A stretch of DNA of 64,000 bases from Balanoglossus misakiensis (lineage: Eukaryota; Animalia; Hemichordata), in NCBI GenBank assembly GCA_040954595.2, contig CM082580.2:2346783-2410782 (forward strand), given 5' to 3'. The translations under genes were made by a program, and so were the position numbers. Of this stretch, positions 24,560-36,943 are shown piece after piece (within the stretch, counting starts at the first letter, position 1; the number at the start of each line of letters is the position of its first letter). Below the pieces are notes generated by a model. The model was given only the letters and a program-made list of their open reading frames with translations, had not been told where the DNA came from and did no database searches.

Positions 24560-25140
24560 ATGATGTGCATACATTATAAGGTGATGGGCATAGGTTATAA
24601 GGTGATGGGCATAGGTTATAAGGTGATGCACATATGTTATAAAGTGATGCGCTAAGGTCATAAGGTGATGGGCATACGTTATAAGGTGATGCGTGTATGG
24701 TATGAGGTGATGGGGTTATGTTATAAAGTGATGCGCAAATGTTATAAGGTGATGGGCCAACGTTATAGGGTGATGGGCATATGTTATAGTGTGATGACCA
24801 TATGTTATAGGGTGATGGGCATACGTTATAAGGTGATGAAACATTATAAGGTGATGGGCATACATTATAGGGTGATGCACATACGTTATAATGTGATGCA
24901 CATACGTTATAAGGTGATGGGCATACGTTATAAGGTGATGCACATACGTTATAAGGTGATGCACATATGTTATAAGGTGATGCACATACGTTATAAGGTG
25001 ATGGGCATACGTTATAAGGTGATGCGCATACGTTATAAGGTGATGCACATATGTTATAAGGTGATGGGCATAGGTTATAAGGTGATGGGCATACGTTATA
25101 AGGTGATGCACATACGTTATAAGGTGATGGGCATACGTTG
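24560..25140. repeat. 21-bp minisatellite, ~28 copies
   Basis: Unit GTGATG(GG/CA)CATA(C/T)GTTATAAG; it produces the repetitive ORFs in the track. Confidence 0.95.
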
Positions 25141-25189
25141 TAAAAAATTGCAGCTGCACTTCTCATATAAAATGTAAATTTTTTGGTTT

Positions 25190-27379
25190 ACCCTCTGACC
25201 TTTGACCCTCATTGGATAATTGCGTATCTAACTGAGGCTGAACCAACAGAACAGGAACTAGTTTTTGGTGAACATGTAAGAATAATTTGACCCTCATGAA
25301 TTATGTGTGTTTCTGATTCTCGGCTACAAATATACATGGAAAGCTGCTGACCTCCATGACCTTTGACCTTAATAGTATATATATGCGCTTTACTACATAA
25401 CTATAAAACCTACTGGCTTCATACTTAGTGGGATGATTTTTTGATATGGACCAGTTATTGATCAAATATTTTGATACAAATTTTGGTGACCTTGAGATAA
25501 CCCTTGACCTATTTTCTTATACCTCAACTTCTATAGAAGATGAAGCCTTGGCATTTGGAGGGATGGAACACCTAATGGAGTCTGACACTTTACCTCATTA
25601 ATTATGTGCAGACATTATTCCAGGGTAACCAATAGGACCAGGCATTTGGTTTTTGTTGGATATGAACCAGAATGGGTTCAAAATTCTCTGACAAACTTTT
25701 GGGTGACCTTGGGTAACCCTTGATCGACTTTCCCATATCTAACCATTATGGCTAGAATCTAGGTTTTCTTGGATATGGACTAGTATATGATAAACTTGGG
25801 GTGATTCTTGACCTACATTCACACCAACTAGGCATTTGGTGGGTCCGCTTGGGCGTCACTAAGGCTTGAATTTTCAATAAGTCACATGACATGGCAGCCA
25901 TATTGGATTTTCTGTAAACCGATGATACCGTAATCGTTCTATCGGTTCGACCACTCCATTAGTTCGTCCACCCACTATTTTTCCTATAATTAATTATTTT
26001 ACAACCCCTAAAATTTCGCCTAGTGGTAAACGCGTAACTGTTTTCCCCTTGGCCTGAGCTCAAACAGCCATGAATGAATGACCCTTGTCTGACCTCAAAT
26101 CAGGCGTGAATAGTTAATTAAGGAAAGGGATCATTTTGTAACAGGGGGGTGGCTGAAAATTGAGGGGATACAAGTGGCAGTTTCTAATGAGCTTGCATGC
26201 AAAATTACCCCTCTGAAAAGAGCGATGTTTAGCACCTTGCTTAGTCAACGGTCAATTTGCCTTGTTGCTGATGGTCATCAGTAAAATGAGGAGCCCCAAA
26301 ACCTACAGGCAAAGCCTTGAGTAGTCGGAACTTACTGCAGCTGGGGCTCTGCTGAAAAAATTGAGACGCCCAGTGGAAGTGATAGTGAAACTTGTAGCAA
26401 AGTTCATGGTGATAATTGCTAGGCAACTAGGTCTTGCCATTGTCTGGCTAAAAATACATCCCTGTGCGTGAATAAATTAAAAACGTCTTTGTCCCAAGGG
26501 ACCAACTCAAAGCTTGTTCCCACATCCGGTATGCTTTTACTACATAGTATATTACGCACTGGTTTCAAAGCTGTAAGACTCACAGGCGCTTATACTAATA
26601 TAGGATGACTGTGCAAAAACAGGAAAAGTGTGGATTTTCTCGGATCTTGCATTTATTTGATGTGGAACAACACATGGGACAAGTCGGCGAAATGTGTTGT
26701 TGATTTTCAATCGCGCACCATGAAGCCTATTTGAACCTAATTTGCATAAATGTCCGAGGGGGTCGTTCTGGCACTTTGACTCATTTTTACCCCCATTGTT
26801 TCGTCTTTTTGTAAAGAATAATTATTTTTTCCTGGTCGAACCGAAGGATCGATTACGGTAAGTTAATATTTGATTGCAAGCCTGAATATTGACAGCACTC
26901 AAATTCTCTTTATGGATATGAGTCATCATATGGCCGTTATTTGTCACAATTTTTGGGAATTTTTACATGACCTTTGACCCAGTTTCTAAGAACCTAATTA
27001 TACATATGCATATGCATATGTCTTATACCTCATTTTGTTAAAGCACCCGAGTCATGACTTTTGTGCAAATGAGTATAATCACGGTCAGGACATGACAAAA
27101 TTGTGGGGTCACTTGTGACACCTGCTTCACTCATTAATTACAGTACAATTCCACGCTAACTAATAGAGCTAGAGGTTTGATTTTTGTTGGTCATGGATGA
27201 GTATGGGGTCACAATCTTTGCCCATATTTTGGGTGACCTCAGGAGACCTTTGACCTACTTTCCCATATCTTACCATGAGGACGAGAATTCTGATTTTTCT
27301 TGGACATGGACGTATTTGATAAACCTAGGGTTATCCTTGACCTATCCTTGGCCCCCTTCACACTGCTTGCAGCTTTAAT
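25190..27379 (-). mobile_element. Helentron-type element (reverse orientation) inserted in the IS3EU-like element
   Basis: The reverse complement of its right end is attaaagctgcaagcagtgtgaagggggccaagg, matching 56684 and 58177. It carries the tgacctttgacc satellite motif. Left boundary approximate. Confidence 0.6.
25928..26858. mobile_element. Tc1/mariner (pogo-type) MITE nested in the Helentron-type element
   Basis: TIRs CCGTAATCGTTCTATCGGTTCGACCA / TGGTCGAACCGAAGGATCGATTACGG, flanked by TA on both sides. Confidence 0.8.
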
Positions 27380-27892
27380 TCTGATTTTTATTTCTTCATA
27401 CCTTATATTTTTAGACCTTTTAAACGAAAATATCCACGATTTTAGACTAACATAAAATTAAAAATAAATATTTGCAATATATATAGAGGTTTTATGATCA
27501 CATAATGAAATAATCCCTGTGACACCATATAACGACATATGTACACTACAATAAAATATATGTAAATCACAATATAACATATGTGCATCATAATAAAACA
27601 AATGCGCATCAAAATAAAACTTATGCAAATCACCTTATAATGTATGCACATCACGCTATAACATATGCCCATCACCCTAAAACATATGCCCATCACCCTA
27701 TACCGTTTGCCGATCACCTTATAACGTTTGCGCATCACCTTATAACATATGCCCATCACCTTATAATGTATGTGCATCACCTTATAACGTATGCCCATCA
27801 CCTTATAACGTATTCCCATCACCTTATAACGTATGTGCATCACCTTATAACGTATGCCCATCACCTTATAACGTATGTGCATCACCTTATAA

Positions 27893-28856
27893 GTAAAGGA
27901 TAATGTACGAGTGGAGTGCAATCGTTCAGATATTGAACGACACGAGGGCCGCAGGCCCGAGTGTCGTTCAATAACTGAACGATTGCACGACACGAGTACA
28001 TTATCCAGCTTACAATACGTCGCAACATCTGTGATCATGATATATGCTAAACAACTTCTCAACCACATCAACCAATCACAAGCGTCGCAAAACACATCTG
28101 GTGTATGACTCATTTCGATTGGATACTTGTCAGCCAGGGCATTTGTCACGTGGTCATTGAGGTGCCACGTTTCCATCATCATTCGGAACTCAACCTTCGA
28201 CAGACAAACACCATGTCCGAAAGTAGCGACGAGCACGAGCTTTTCATTACCCATGGAGCACGTTCCCACACCCAAGTGAAAGCGAAGGGCGTAGCTTTTA
28301 CGATATGGACTGGATTTTCCAAGATTTTGGTAGCTTCATTGAAGAGAATGTACATAAACCATCGGTCATGGAAAGTGTCCTGCAGAAAATCAATGGTGCC
28401 TTTCTCCTGGCCTGCAGCCGCCATTGCGCACATCCTCTGTAAGTACCATTTTTCTGTCATTTTCCTCGGAACTTGTAAATTTGTAGTTGTATATTGATCA
28501 GGAATGTTCGATTGTACGTCAGCGTAGGCACTTCAGGGAAGTTTTGGTACGTCGAAAAAAATCAAGCTTTCAGGTGAATCTGTGTGTGAGGTACATGTAG
28601 AAACGAACCCCCAACCAAAGGTTGAGACCTGCAGCGCAGAGATCACGACAAAGAAAGATGGACGAACCAAGTGTGTGCACCTGGAAGCAGTTTTTCCCGC
28701 CGGAGGCAGCACCTCCTGTCAAAGCTATCTTGTTTGTTGTAGTGAATCTTATTATGCCAGGTACAGTGCAATATCCAGATATTGCACTGGTACCAGTGCA
28801 TTATCATAGATAATGTCCCAAGAGAACAAAGAGTCTGGTCACATGTAGTGTTGTAA
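27893..28856. mobile_element. Crypton-like element with a 109-bp terminal hairpin, splitting one 21-bp array unit
   Basis: Inserted between ttataa and catatgtg of an array unit, and ends ttgtaa (short direct repeat, no TIR/TSD). Hairpin at 27898-28006 with loop gggcc-gca-ggccc. A short inverted repeat links 28010 (ttacaatac) with the right end. Confidence 0.6.
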
Positions 28857-28975
28857 CATATGTGCATCACCTTATAACGTATGTGCATCACCTTATAACG
28901 TATGCACATCATTATATAAAGAATCCCCATGTCAACATAAATTTATGTCACTTAAGACAGCCACGGCTTTCCATA

Positions 28976-29053
28976 CTTTGGCATTGGTTAGGTGTGTCAA
29001 CACATCTTCTATTGTAGGTAGAGGATAGTGGGAACGCTTTAAAGCTCTGTTTA
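28976..29053 (-). mobile_element. Upstream remnant of the same Gypsy RT
   Basis: Translates LNRALKRSHYPLPTIEDVLTHLTNAK, the RT segment that normally precedes the part resuming at 22771. Confidence 0.85.
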
Positions 29054-29488
29054 GGGAAAATCGCCGTAATATCAATATTTCAGCAAGTAATTCCAAAATC
29101 CATTTGGATTGCACGAAATAAGACATGTCAGGGGTGGTTTTCGCGTTTACATGATTTAAAATAACGCATTCCAGCGAAAGTTACGGCAAGTTGAAAATGC
29201 CTCAAAAAACGGTCTGTGAGCGGCCATTCAAAATGTAACGGTCCTGATCTGGATAGGCGATAATATGCTAATGAAGGTGTTGCGTTCTGGCTGCGTATCA
29301 TCGCTTATTCGCGGTTTAGCTGAACAGCTAAGTTGAATAGACTGTAGGGTTTCTGTTTTGATGAACAGTGGACTTGCTAGTATTTCAGTGATAACACAGT
29401 GGACTAGTGGATGTAATGCAGGTCATTTATTCAGTGTTTCGATCATTGTAAAGCGACCAATATTTTCCGTTAGATGGTTCTGTAGTTA

Positions 29489-30253
29489 GGGACCGTTCAG
29501 TTTTTACGGCCGGGGGGGGGGGGGGCAAAATCCAGGGGTGGGTCACTTAAATTTTTAAGTCCAAAAGGGGGGGGGGTCATCTATTTTTTTAAACGTTTGG
29601 GGGGGGGGGGGCACATACTTTTGCCACCGAAATTTTGCTTTTGAGTCCACAAGAATGCAGTTTCGCGCACTTTATTTTACACAATTTTCCACACCCGCCC
29701 CCTCCATTCTTCGCCACATTGCATTTATTCGCTGGTTTGCCACCCCACCCCGATGCTTACTTTGAGTGGAGTGGCAAAATTAAAATTTGTCCTCCCTAAC
29801 ATTGAGTTAATTTGCTTTTGAGTTCATTAAAATGCTACTTTGAGCACCGTATTTTACATTTTTTTATGTGGCAGGGGGATACCCCCTCCCACACCCACCC
29901 CCACCACTTTTCTTGTTTTACCAATTCTAGCAACTATTGTATTAACTTGTCATGTTAATTTGTTCCTAGATTTCTTTATTGCAATGATATACTATTATAT
30001 ACTTCAATCACTTTAAGAAATTTATAATTGAAGTGTGATGAGCCTCATTCCGAATTTCCCTTTATTGCATACGTTGTAGGATCAGGACAGCGAATGTTTT
30101 CGGCGTGGGGGGGGGGGGGGTCATCATATTTTTGGGTCTGTCAAAGGGGGTTCATCATATTTTGGTCCTGGGTGAAGGGGGGCTGGCCTGATTTTTAAAA
30201 CCGATGACACAAACTTGCCGGCCCACCCCCGACCGTAAAAACTGAAAGGTCCC
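29489..30253. mobile_element. PIF/Harbinger-type MITE
   Basis: TIRs GGGACCGTTCAGTTTTTACGGCCGGGGGG / CCCCCGACCGTAAAAACTGAAAGGTCCC; TSD TTA at 29486-29488 and 30254-30256. Confidence 0.85.
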
Positions 30254-30574
30254 TTATTGTAAAAATAAAATAGCAATACCGTGGACTGCTAACAATTTGT
30301 GCGATATCTGTTCTTGTTGTTGACCTTGAATGAACTCGGCCCAGGTAGTGTTGACTTGTGGTGTGAACAACCACATCAAACTCCGGGTAATAACACATCG
30401 AACATTCATTATTTTTATTTTTATTTTTTGGACTCTTAAAAATATGCAGACAGTGACAAAGAGAAATTAGATGCTGAACATTTGTTTTGTGTTTTAATTG
30501 CTTTACAATATTGCACTAAAAGCATTTCACCAAGCTGTTTCTGTTCTTGGGCATGTATCAGCACCCAATACTAC

Positions 30575-33500
30575 TCAGGGAGTGGCTGCTAGATCAGGAC
30601 AAACGTGCGACATGTAAAGCATCAACTGTTGCGTTATGACACTATCTCGCGGCATGTGTATGTTATCCTGGGCACGGTGAGACAGAGACATGTCCCAAAT
30701 ATCGACAAAGTGGAAACCCAGGCCGCCAAATATTCGCCTCACCATTCGGTTGATGTCGTGCAGCACCCAGTTGCTGCTGTGGACTGCCTGTGTTACCAAC
30801 TCGTTGTCGCGCGGGTGGGTCATCTTGATCATGACCTTGGCCCGGGGGCATTGCGACAGCAGTCGCACGGCCGCCGTTCTGCCGGCTACAAGCCTTTCTA
30901 TGTACGCCCTGGAGGACCACGCCAGAAAATGGTAATTGATGTTCATGACCATGACGGCAGAGTTGCACGATGTCTGCCTGATCTCGTCCAAGACGTCGGA
31001 TTCAAACTGCAGGTCGCTGACTTTGCTAAATATACTGTTGCTTCCCGCCCGCATGGCGTGCTCGTGTGCGTATGTCGTGGTATTTTTACCTAATGTCAAC
31101 CCCGATCTAGCGAACTTGAATTTGGTGCGCCCTGTCATCATGAAGACCAATTGGTTGTACCACTGCCTCATCGTCGAGTCGCCTAAAAACCAAAGTGTCC
31201 GGTTTTCCAAACATCGAAACATTTCCTCCTCGTCGAACTGTTTGACTTTACACGAGGAAAAGTTGTACACCATATCACTCTCCCAATAACCATCAAAGAT
31301 TGGTACAGGAAGATCTGGTCCACACAGCGGTGGATCTGGAATGGACTTCTTCGGGGATACGTCACCTTTCCCGTTTGAACCTTCGAAGGCAAATACAGAT
31401 AATATACGGTCTCACAAAGAAGATGACAAAGGGCATACGTTTACCAATCCTCCTCCTCCTTCTGTCGTACGCCGTAGATTTTAACAAACAGATTATTGAC
31501 GACCTGATGTCATATTATGATTGCAATCAGCGGACTCTCAAAATTGCGTATAGTATTGAGCGTACATGTATTAGTATTCAATGATCATACACACAAATCA
31601 AGATGGCGTCGCCAATTGTCGGTCCGAAATGTCCGGAATGCGTGTAGGCCTTCTCTCTTGGAGAAAAGAAAGGTGAAAATATATTTACCTTTTATCTGAA
31701 TTGTGATCGGGTTGGCAGCAAATGGAACCTTCATGTAGTCACTGAAACGATAGACATAACCTGTCCATAAGAAACTAGGCGAATCTTGTTGCAAATGGTT
31801 TTCCTTTTCGTATTATTCTGTTTCTAAAATTGTTTAAATGCAGATTAATTCCTATGGTGTTTTTTGAAGAATTCCAAATTATGGGAACTCATGACTTTAT
31901 TTTCCAACTAAGATAATCCAAATAAGCTTGCTGATAGGTATACAATGTCAGTGAGCAGCCATCTGTCTTTTTTTTTGTTTACGTCTAGGGTGTATGGAAA
32001 AAGAAGACATAGTGGATGCACACTATCAAAATACTAAAAGTGATATCAATATTTACAGCCTTGTATCAGTCCCTTCGATGCTTACACTGGCTCATTCATT
32101 CATTGTTTCTCACGCCAGTTTTCAAAGCGATCACTTTACCTGCTGAAAAGGTCCATCTTTTCACTTTGGTTCATCATTTCCTCGGCACGTTTGTTCAAAC
32201 CATCGACGTCTCCAAACACCGAGGAGAGATCCTGGCAGTCGAACTTCCGGGGACGCTGGCACAGAAATACTGTTTTACCGAGCGAGGCCGGGTTCCTGTA
32301 CTCACACTGGTTTTCCCATGTGCCTTCGTTAACAGTGTGGCAGAACGTGTCCTCATTTCGCTCGTTTTCCGTTTCCCGCGCATACCGCGCTTTCCAGGCG
32401 ATCCTGTCTTCTTGGCCCCTCACGTCTGTGTTTAACCAGTGAATCGCTTCCCTCGTGAAGTAGAGTACCACTGTTATATTTGCGGGGCCCGACCACCCGG
32501 CGCCAAAGTAAACGCTGTATGTCCCGTTCCCGTAGTCGAAAACTCTCCCGGCCGTTCGGCGGTGCTCCGCGTCGTTGGACATAACGCAGAAGAAAAAATC
32601 GCCCCCTCGTCCACGCCGACGGCCATTTTTGTCCCTGGCCTCGATTACGAGGTGAATCAATTCCCCTTTGGTGAAAAACTTCTTATTTCCGTCCAGATAC
32701 ATACTGTGGAGTGATGATGAGTTTGGTGAGTGTTGACGGGTTTTTCCTTATTGTGAGAGAATCATCAGTGAATTGAATATGGAGACAGTTGGTGAATATG
32801 CAAGGGTCAGACACTAAAAGGCACCCCAAAACTTGGAGCAAATGTTAAAGGCCCGTAAAAAGACATACGCAGGTAAAATAAACCCTTATCAAGACTTGTA
32901 CACGTGCAGTCAACTGGGAAAATTCGTATATCCAGCGCCAATAAAATCTTTATGCTGTTGAAGCTATAAGCATTCAATGCCCACGCTAGTAATTGTTATA
33001 AGTTCCACGAGAAAATTGGCCAGAAAATAGTACTAACAATCGTTAGTAGTTTGTATTATAATCCATAAAGGCTACAGTGGGCAGATTTGGAAATACAACT
33101 GTACAGATAGTTTTCGTCACAACAAAATACATTGTCGTATATACCAGTTTATACGCAGCGATTACACACCTGCTTGAATTGCATGACGTAAGTCCAAGGC
33201 TACCATCGCCGATGGAATATGGCCTCTCTTTGGGGGAATTAGGACGATGATGTCCAGAGCTTTCACTTGCCCACATCAATTCATCGACCACGCCTTTCCA
33301 CTCCATTCCGTATTGTGAAAAGCTTTTGTAAGGAAACAGCAAGTCTTCCATCTTACCATGGATTGCTCTCTCAACGACAGTATCGCCCTCTACATCCTTT
33401 GCCTTTGGCACGCCTGTTTGCTCGCCCCTTCCCGTGTCTTCCGCCTCTTCGGAAGGTAATATTTCGATCGTCGCCTTCTTCTGCGGCGTTGGCATTTTTG

Positions 33501-33824
33501 GCCTCAGTGTATTGAACGCAACAGGTGCGCATGTCGGCGTAGCTTGATACAGCAAAGCGTTCTCTCGTGGGTCAATATCGGTCTGAAAATAAAAAGAAAA
33601 CAGGCCGCATATATTGTATGATTCAATTAATGTAGTGAATGATAAATTAGAGCTCATTCAGAAGTGTTGAATAAGAATAAATAGAAATGCAAATTACGTC
33701 ATACTTTGTTCTTTTTTTCACTTACCACAGTTTTCAGGCAAATGCCGATACACATTCCGAAAGCGATGTAAAGTAGCGGATACAGTTTGTGCCTCACGGT
33801 CCGAAAGACTGTTCCAAGTGTCAT
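30575..33824 (-). CDS. NXPE-like: NXPE (neurexophilin and PC-esterase domain) family protein, type II membrane anchor; 5 coding exons
   Basis: Exons 33824-33705, 33582-33170, 32703-32140, 31741-31689, 31380-30575, all GT-AG and in phase. N-terminal TM LYPLLYIAFGMCIGICL; Ig-like part with RGGDFF and DYGNGTYSV; catalytic FLGDSTMRQW and DNIH. Confidence 0.92.
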
Positions 33825-34212
33825 CTTCAGTTCTGTCGATAAATTGCACAGGGAAACAGTCATGGAACATCGACACGTCATCGTTGCGTGGGCCATAATG
33901 GTTCGCATGAATGTCGAATGGAAACTATACACCAACAGTCTCTTAACGCGATGAAGAGAATTGCGTGTATTACAAAACATCGCTATCAAGAAAGAAAGTG
34001 GTATATTACCAGTCCGTGTATACTTACTGCGTTTGAGAAATGTTTACCTCACTTAATTCACCAGTACAAATGCCTTTCTGTTTTGACGTGTGGCCGTTCA
34101 CGTCGTATTGTGATATGCTCGCTGTGGTTATGCCAGCATATGGTGGACATATAGAAAATACAACATGTGACACACGAATGATGATATAAGCAGCTTTGAG
34201 CAGTCCGGTTAA

Positions 34213-34559
34213 AGCCCCTTGCTGCCAAATTTCACATATTTTTATCCATAGTAAAATACTTCCAATCTATTCCCTATCCTCTAAAATCCTCACCATTAAG
34301 GCATATTACTTGCATTTACATCAGTTTGTCATTTCTTGGCGACGCATACCACGATAGCTGTGTACTGTTTTAATGGAGGCTGATTAAATCGGTGCGGCAC
34401 TGTTTTAATACATGGCGTTTTTAAATCGGTACATACAGCCACAATCGGGCATCGATAAGGTGTTCATGTATACCTATCAGTAAGCTCGTTTAGATGGACC
34501 AATTTAAGCTGGGAAATAAAATCATGAAAGTAATACAAAAAGTGGCAGCTATGGCGGCT
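34213..34559. mobile_element. TTAA-flanked MITE (Kolobok-type AG..CT ends)
   Basis: TTAA|AGCCCCTTGCTGCCA ... TGGCAGCTATGGCGGCT|TTAA. Confidence 0.55.
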
Positions 34560-34601
34560 TTAATATCTCAGGCATTTGAGGTATTAGGCAAACTGGTTTA
34601 A

Positions 34602-34903
34602 AGCGCGTAGCTCGTCTCACACGCATGTTCCAGCTGTAGCCGCTGGTTACAAACGTTTAGTGAACAGTCAATCCCATAAGGCAGTGATCTGTACTAACAA
34701 CAGAGAAGATGGCAGCGAACATAATCTGAGTCGGAAATCGGGAAAAGACACTAGCTTGGGTGAAAACGAGGGACAAATCCAGAATCTACTTATACGGTGC
34801 GCATGAAATATGGAAGGAAGCGAAGGCAGTCCACTATTTGAATACATCGAACGGAACATTAGCTGGGAAATTACGCGCATGCGCGTGAGACGAGCTATGT
34901 GCT
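34602..34903. mobile_element. TTAA-flanked MITE (Kolobok-type)
   Basis: TTAA|AGCGCGTAGCTCGTCTCACACGCATG ... CATGCGCGTGAGACGAGCTATGTGCT|TTAA. Confidence 0.75.
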
Positions 34904-36597
34904 TTAATTGTTGAGGGATTTGACGAAATGAAACATGGTCACTGGCACATCTGATTTTATTTATTTATTTTATAATTCAATAAAACTCTGCTCGGAGTAA
35001 AAGAGGCTCCACATCTAAATATTTTAATACTTGTGTTATATATCCCGGTTTGTTGTGAAGATTTCATAGTCGTGTGATGTTTTGGGGGCACTTTACTCGC
35101 CCTTGGCCGTATATTGCATCATGGATCTACATCGTTTGCGTGTTTCAGCTATATCCAACCACAATAAGTCTATACGAAGTAGCCACAATGAAACAAGATA
35201 GCTTCGACACAATAGTTTTTCAATACTGCGGGTCTCTCTGTAGTATCCAACTTCAGACAGCCTGTTTTCCCCTGCCTCAGTCATCGAATGAAGTTACGTA
35301 AACACCACCGTACACCGAACTTTTACAACAACTGGAGTGTTTATCCAACGTAACATTTTAATACTTATCTGGGATTAACACATTATATGTGCAGAGGGGC
35401 GGCTGTTGGACCTATCAGAGATGTCGATGCTGCAGCTGTGACATACTAGTCTAAACACTGCACACTGCAAAATACACACGCATACACACGTGAAATATGG
35501 AGGGAGCGGTGCTCCAGTACTAGCCGCCCACGGGTATTTATTGCCTTTATAACAAAAAATAAATAAGATATACACAGTGTGATGATTTGCCAGTAGGCAG
35601 CGAAACTTACAATAAAGAAAAAACGGTCTCTTACACTACGGAAATATAAATAGCATATAGCCGCCCAGGAAAAAACACACACAAAAAATACTTTAAAGTG
35701 AAAGGAAAATGCTCTGGAAACCTGCACCCTTATCATACAAGGCTAAATATGCTGACAGGCGAAGGGCAACACCTAAACGCTGATGTAAACAAAGACAAAC
35801 AAACAAAACTGTGAGTTTGCCTAAAATAACCAGCTCTTTCCAAAAACTAGTAAGCTAGTAGACGGCACTGAAAGCGACCGCTAGAATGACTAACGCCTGC
35901 AAACCCCTGCTTATATACAGCAAGCTGAAACACCCGGCGCACATACAACACGACTCCCTTTTGGCCAAGAAACAATTCGCACCTGTTTGTGCATAAGACA
36001 ACAATTTCCCGTTTTACTGCGAATCGCGGGAAATCCAATTTAACATCGTCTCTGTGTGCGACATCACGAGCGGTTTGCACAGTATAACCAAGCAACCAAG
36101 CCGGTGTGTATCGCCTGTGGTCGTGCGTTGCTCGTGTTCATACCCGCCATGCGCTCTGAGCACAGGGATTTATTCAGGGAAAGTAGATAAACACTAATAT
36201 TGTAGAGACTAAATAAGTTTTGTTGTCTACCATTTTTTTTTCTTCTCCTGCCTTTATCTTACATGTTCGAATTGAGCACAGTAATTACATGCATAATACT
36301 AAAATGTGCTCTCTTCTGGTGAACTCTTACTACCGCCTGACCCGTCTTGTCTTATTACCCTATCCTTCCGAGCAAGACTGGAATCAGATCGATAATTTAA
36401 ACGATGGGGTTCTTCTGAACTGCACATGTGTGACTAAACACACTATCGGTATTGTTCCCACTGTTCAGGGAGACCTTGTCGAATGTTACATCAAAGTAAG
36501 AAAGTAACGACGCATTGTTTGCCACTATACAAAGTAACTACGATATTGTTTTCGTATGGGACACATACCCGCAGACGGGACGACACCCACCCTTTAA

Positions 36598-36943
36598 AGG
36601 GACAAAGTCTCTCTCTCGCTGGCCTTTTTCCATTAATTATGTTTGATACAAGACACTGTTTATGTTAATGTAAATGTGGATATATAGTGAATCAACGTTC
36701 AACCACACAAAACTTCCTTCCCACTTGTATGATATGAGAGTAAAAACTCGCCCAAAATGAATAAATGGTAAAGAACGATTATTCATTTTGGCGAGTTTTT
36801 TCACTCTCCAGTCTAAAAGAGGGATGGAAGTTGTGTGTGGTTGAACGTACATTCACTATATATCCACATGTAGAATAACAAACGTTGTCTCTTATCAAAT
36901 ATAATTAATGGAAAAAAGGGCAGCGAGAGAGAGACTTTGTCCC
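36598..36943. mobile_element. Nearly fully palindromic TTAA-flanked MITE (Kolobok-type)
   Basis: TTAA|AGGGACAAAGTCTCTCTCTCGCTG ... CAGCGAGAGAGAGACTTTGTCCCT|TTAA; the arms pair for more than 130 bp. Confidence 0.85.

Larger units (their letters stand above)
24497..28975. mobile_element. Non-autonomous IS3EU-like element with long TIRs and inverted 21-bp subterminal arrays; hosts three further insertions
   Basis: TIRs TATGGAAAGCC(A/G)TG(A/G)CTGTCTTAAGTGAC...CATGGGGATTCTTTATA at both ends. The 21-bp unit GTGATGGGCATACGTTATAAG is at 24560-25140 and inverted at 27600-27892 and 28857-28915. Confidence 0.8.

Noticed and set aside
22815-25140. Regular short repeats resembling a CRISPR array
   Set aside because: The units are contiguous with no unique spacers, there are no cas genes, and the context is eukaryotic.
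24335-27903. YAHHLIT / SPYNVC / YKVMGIR repeat ORFs
   Set aside because: Translations of the 21-bp transposon arrays.
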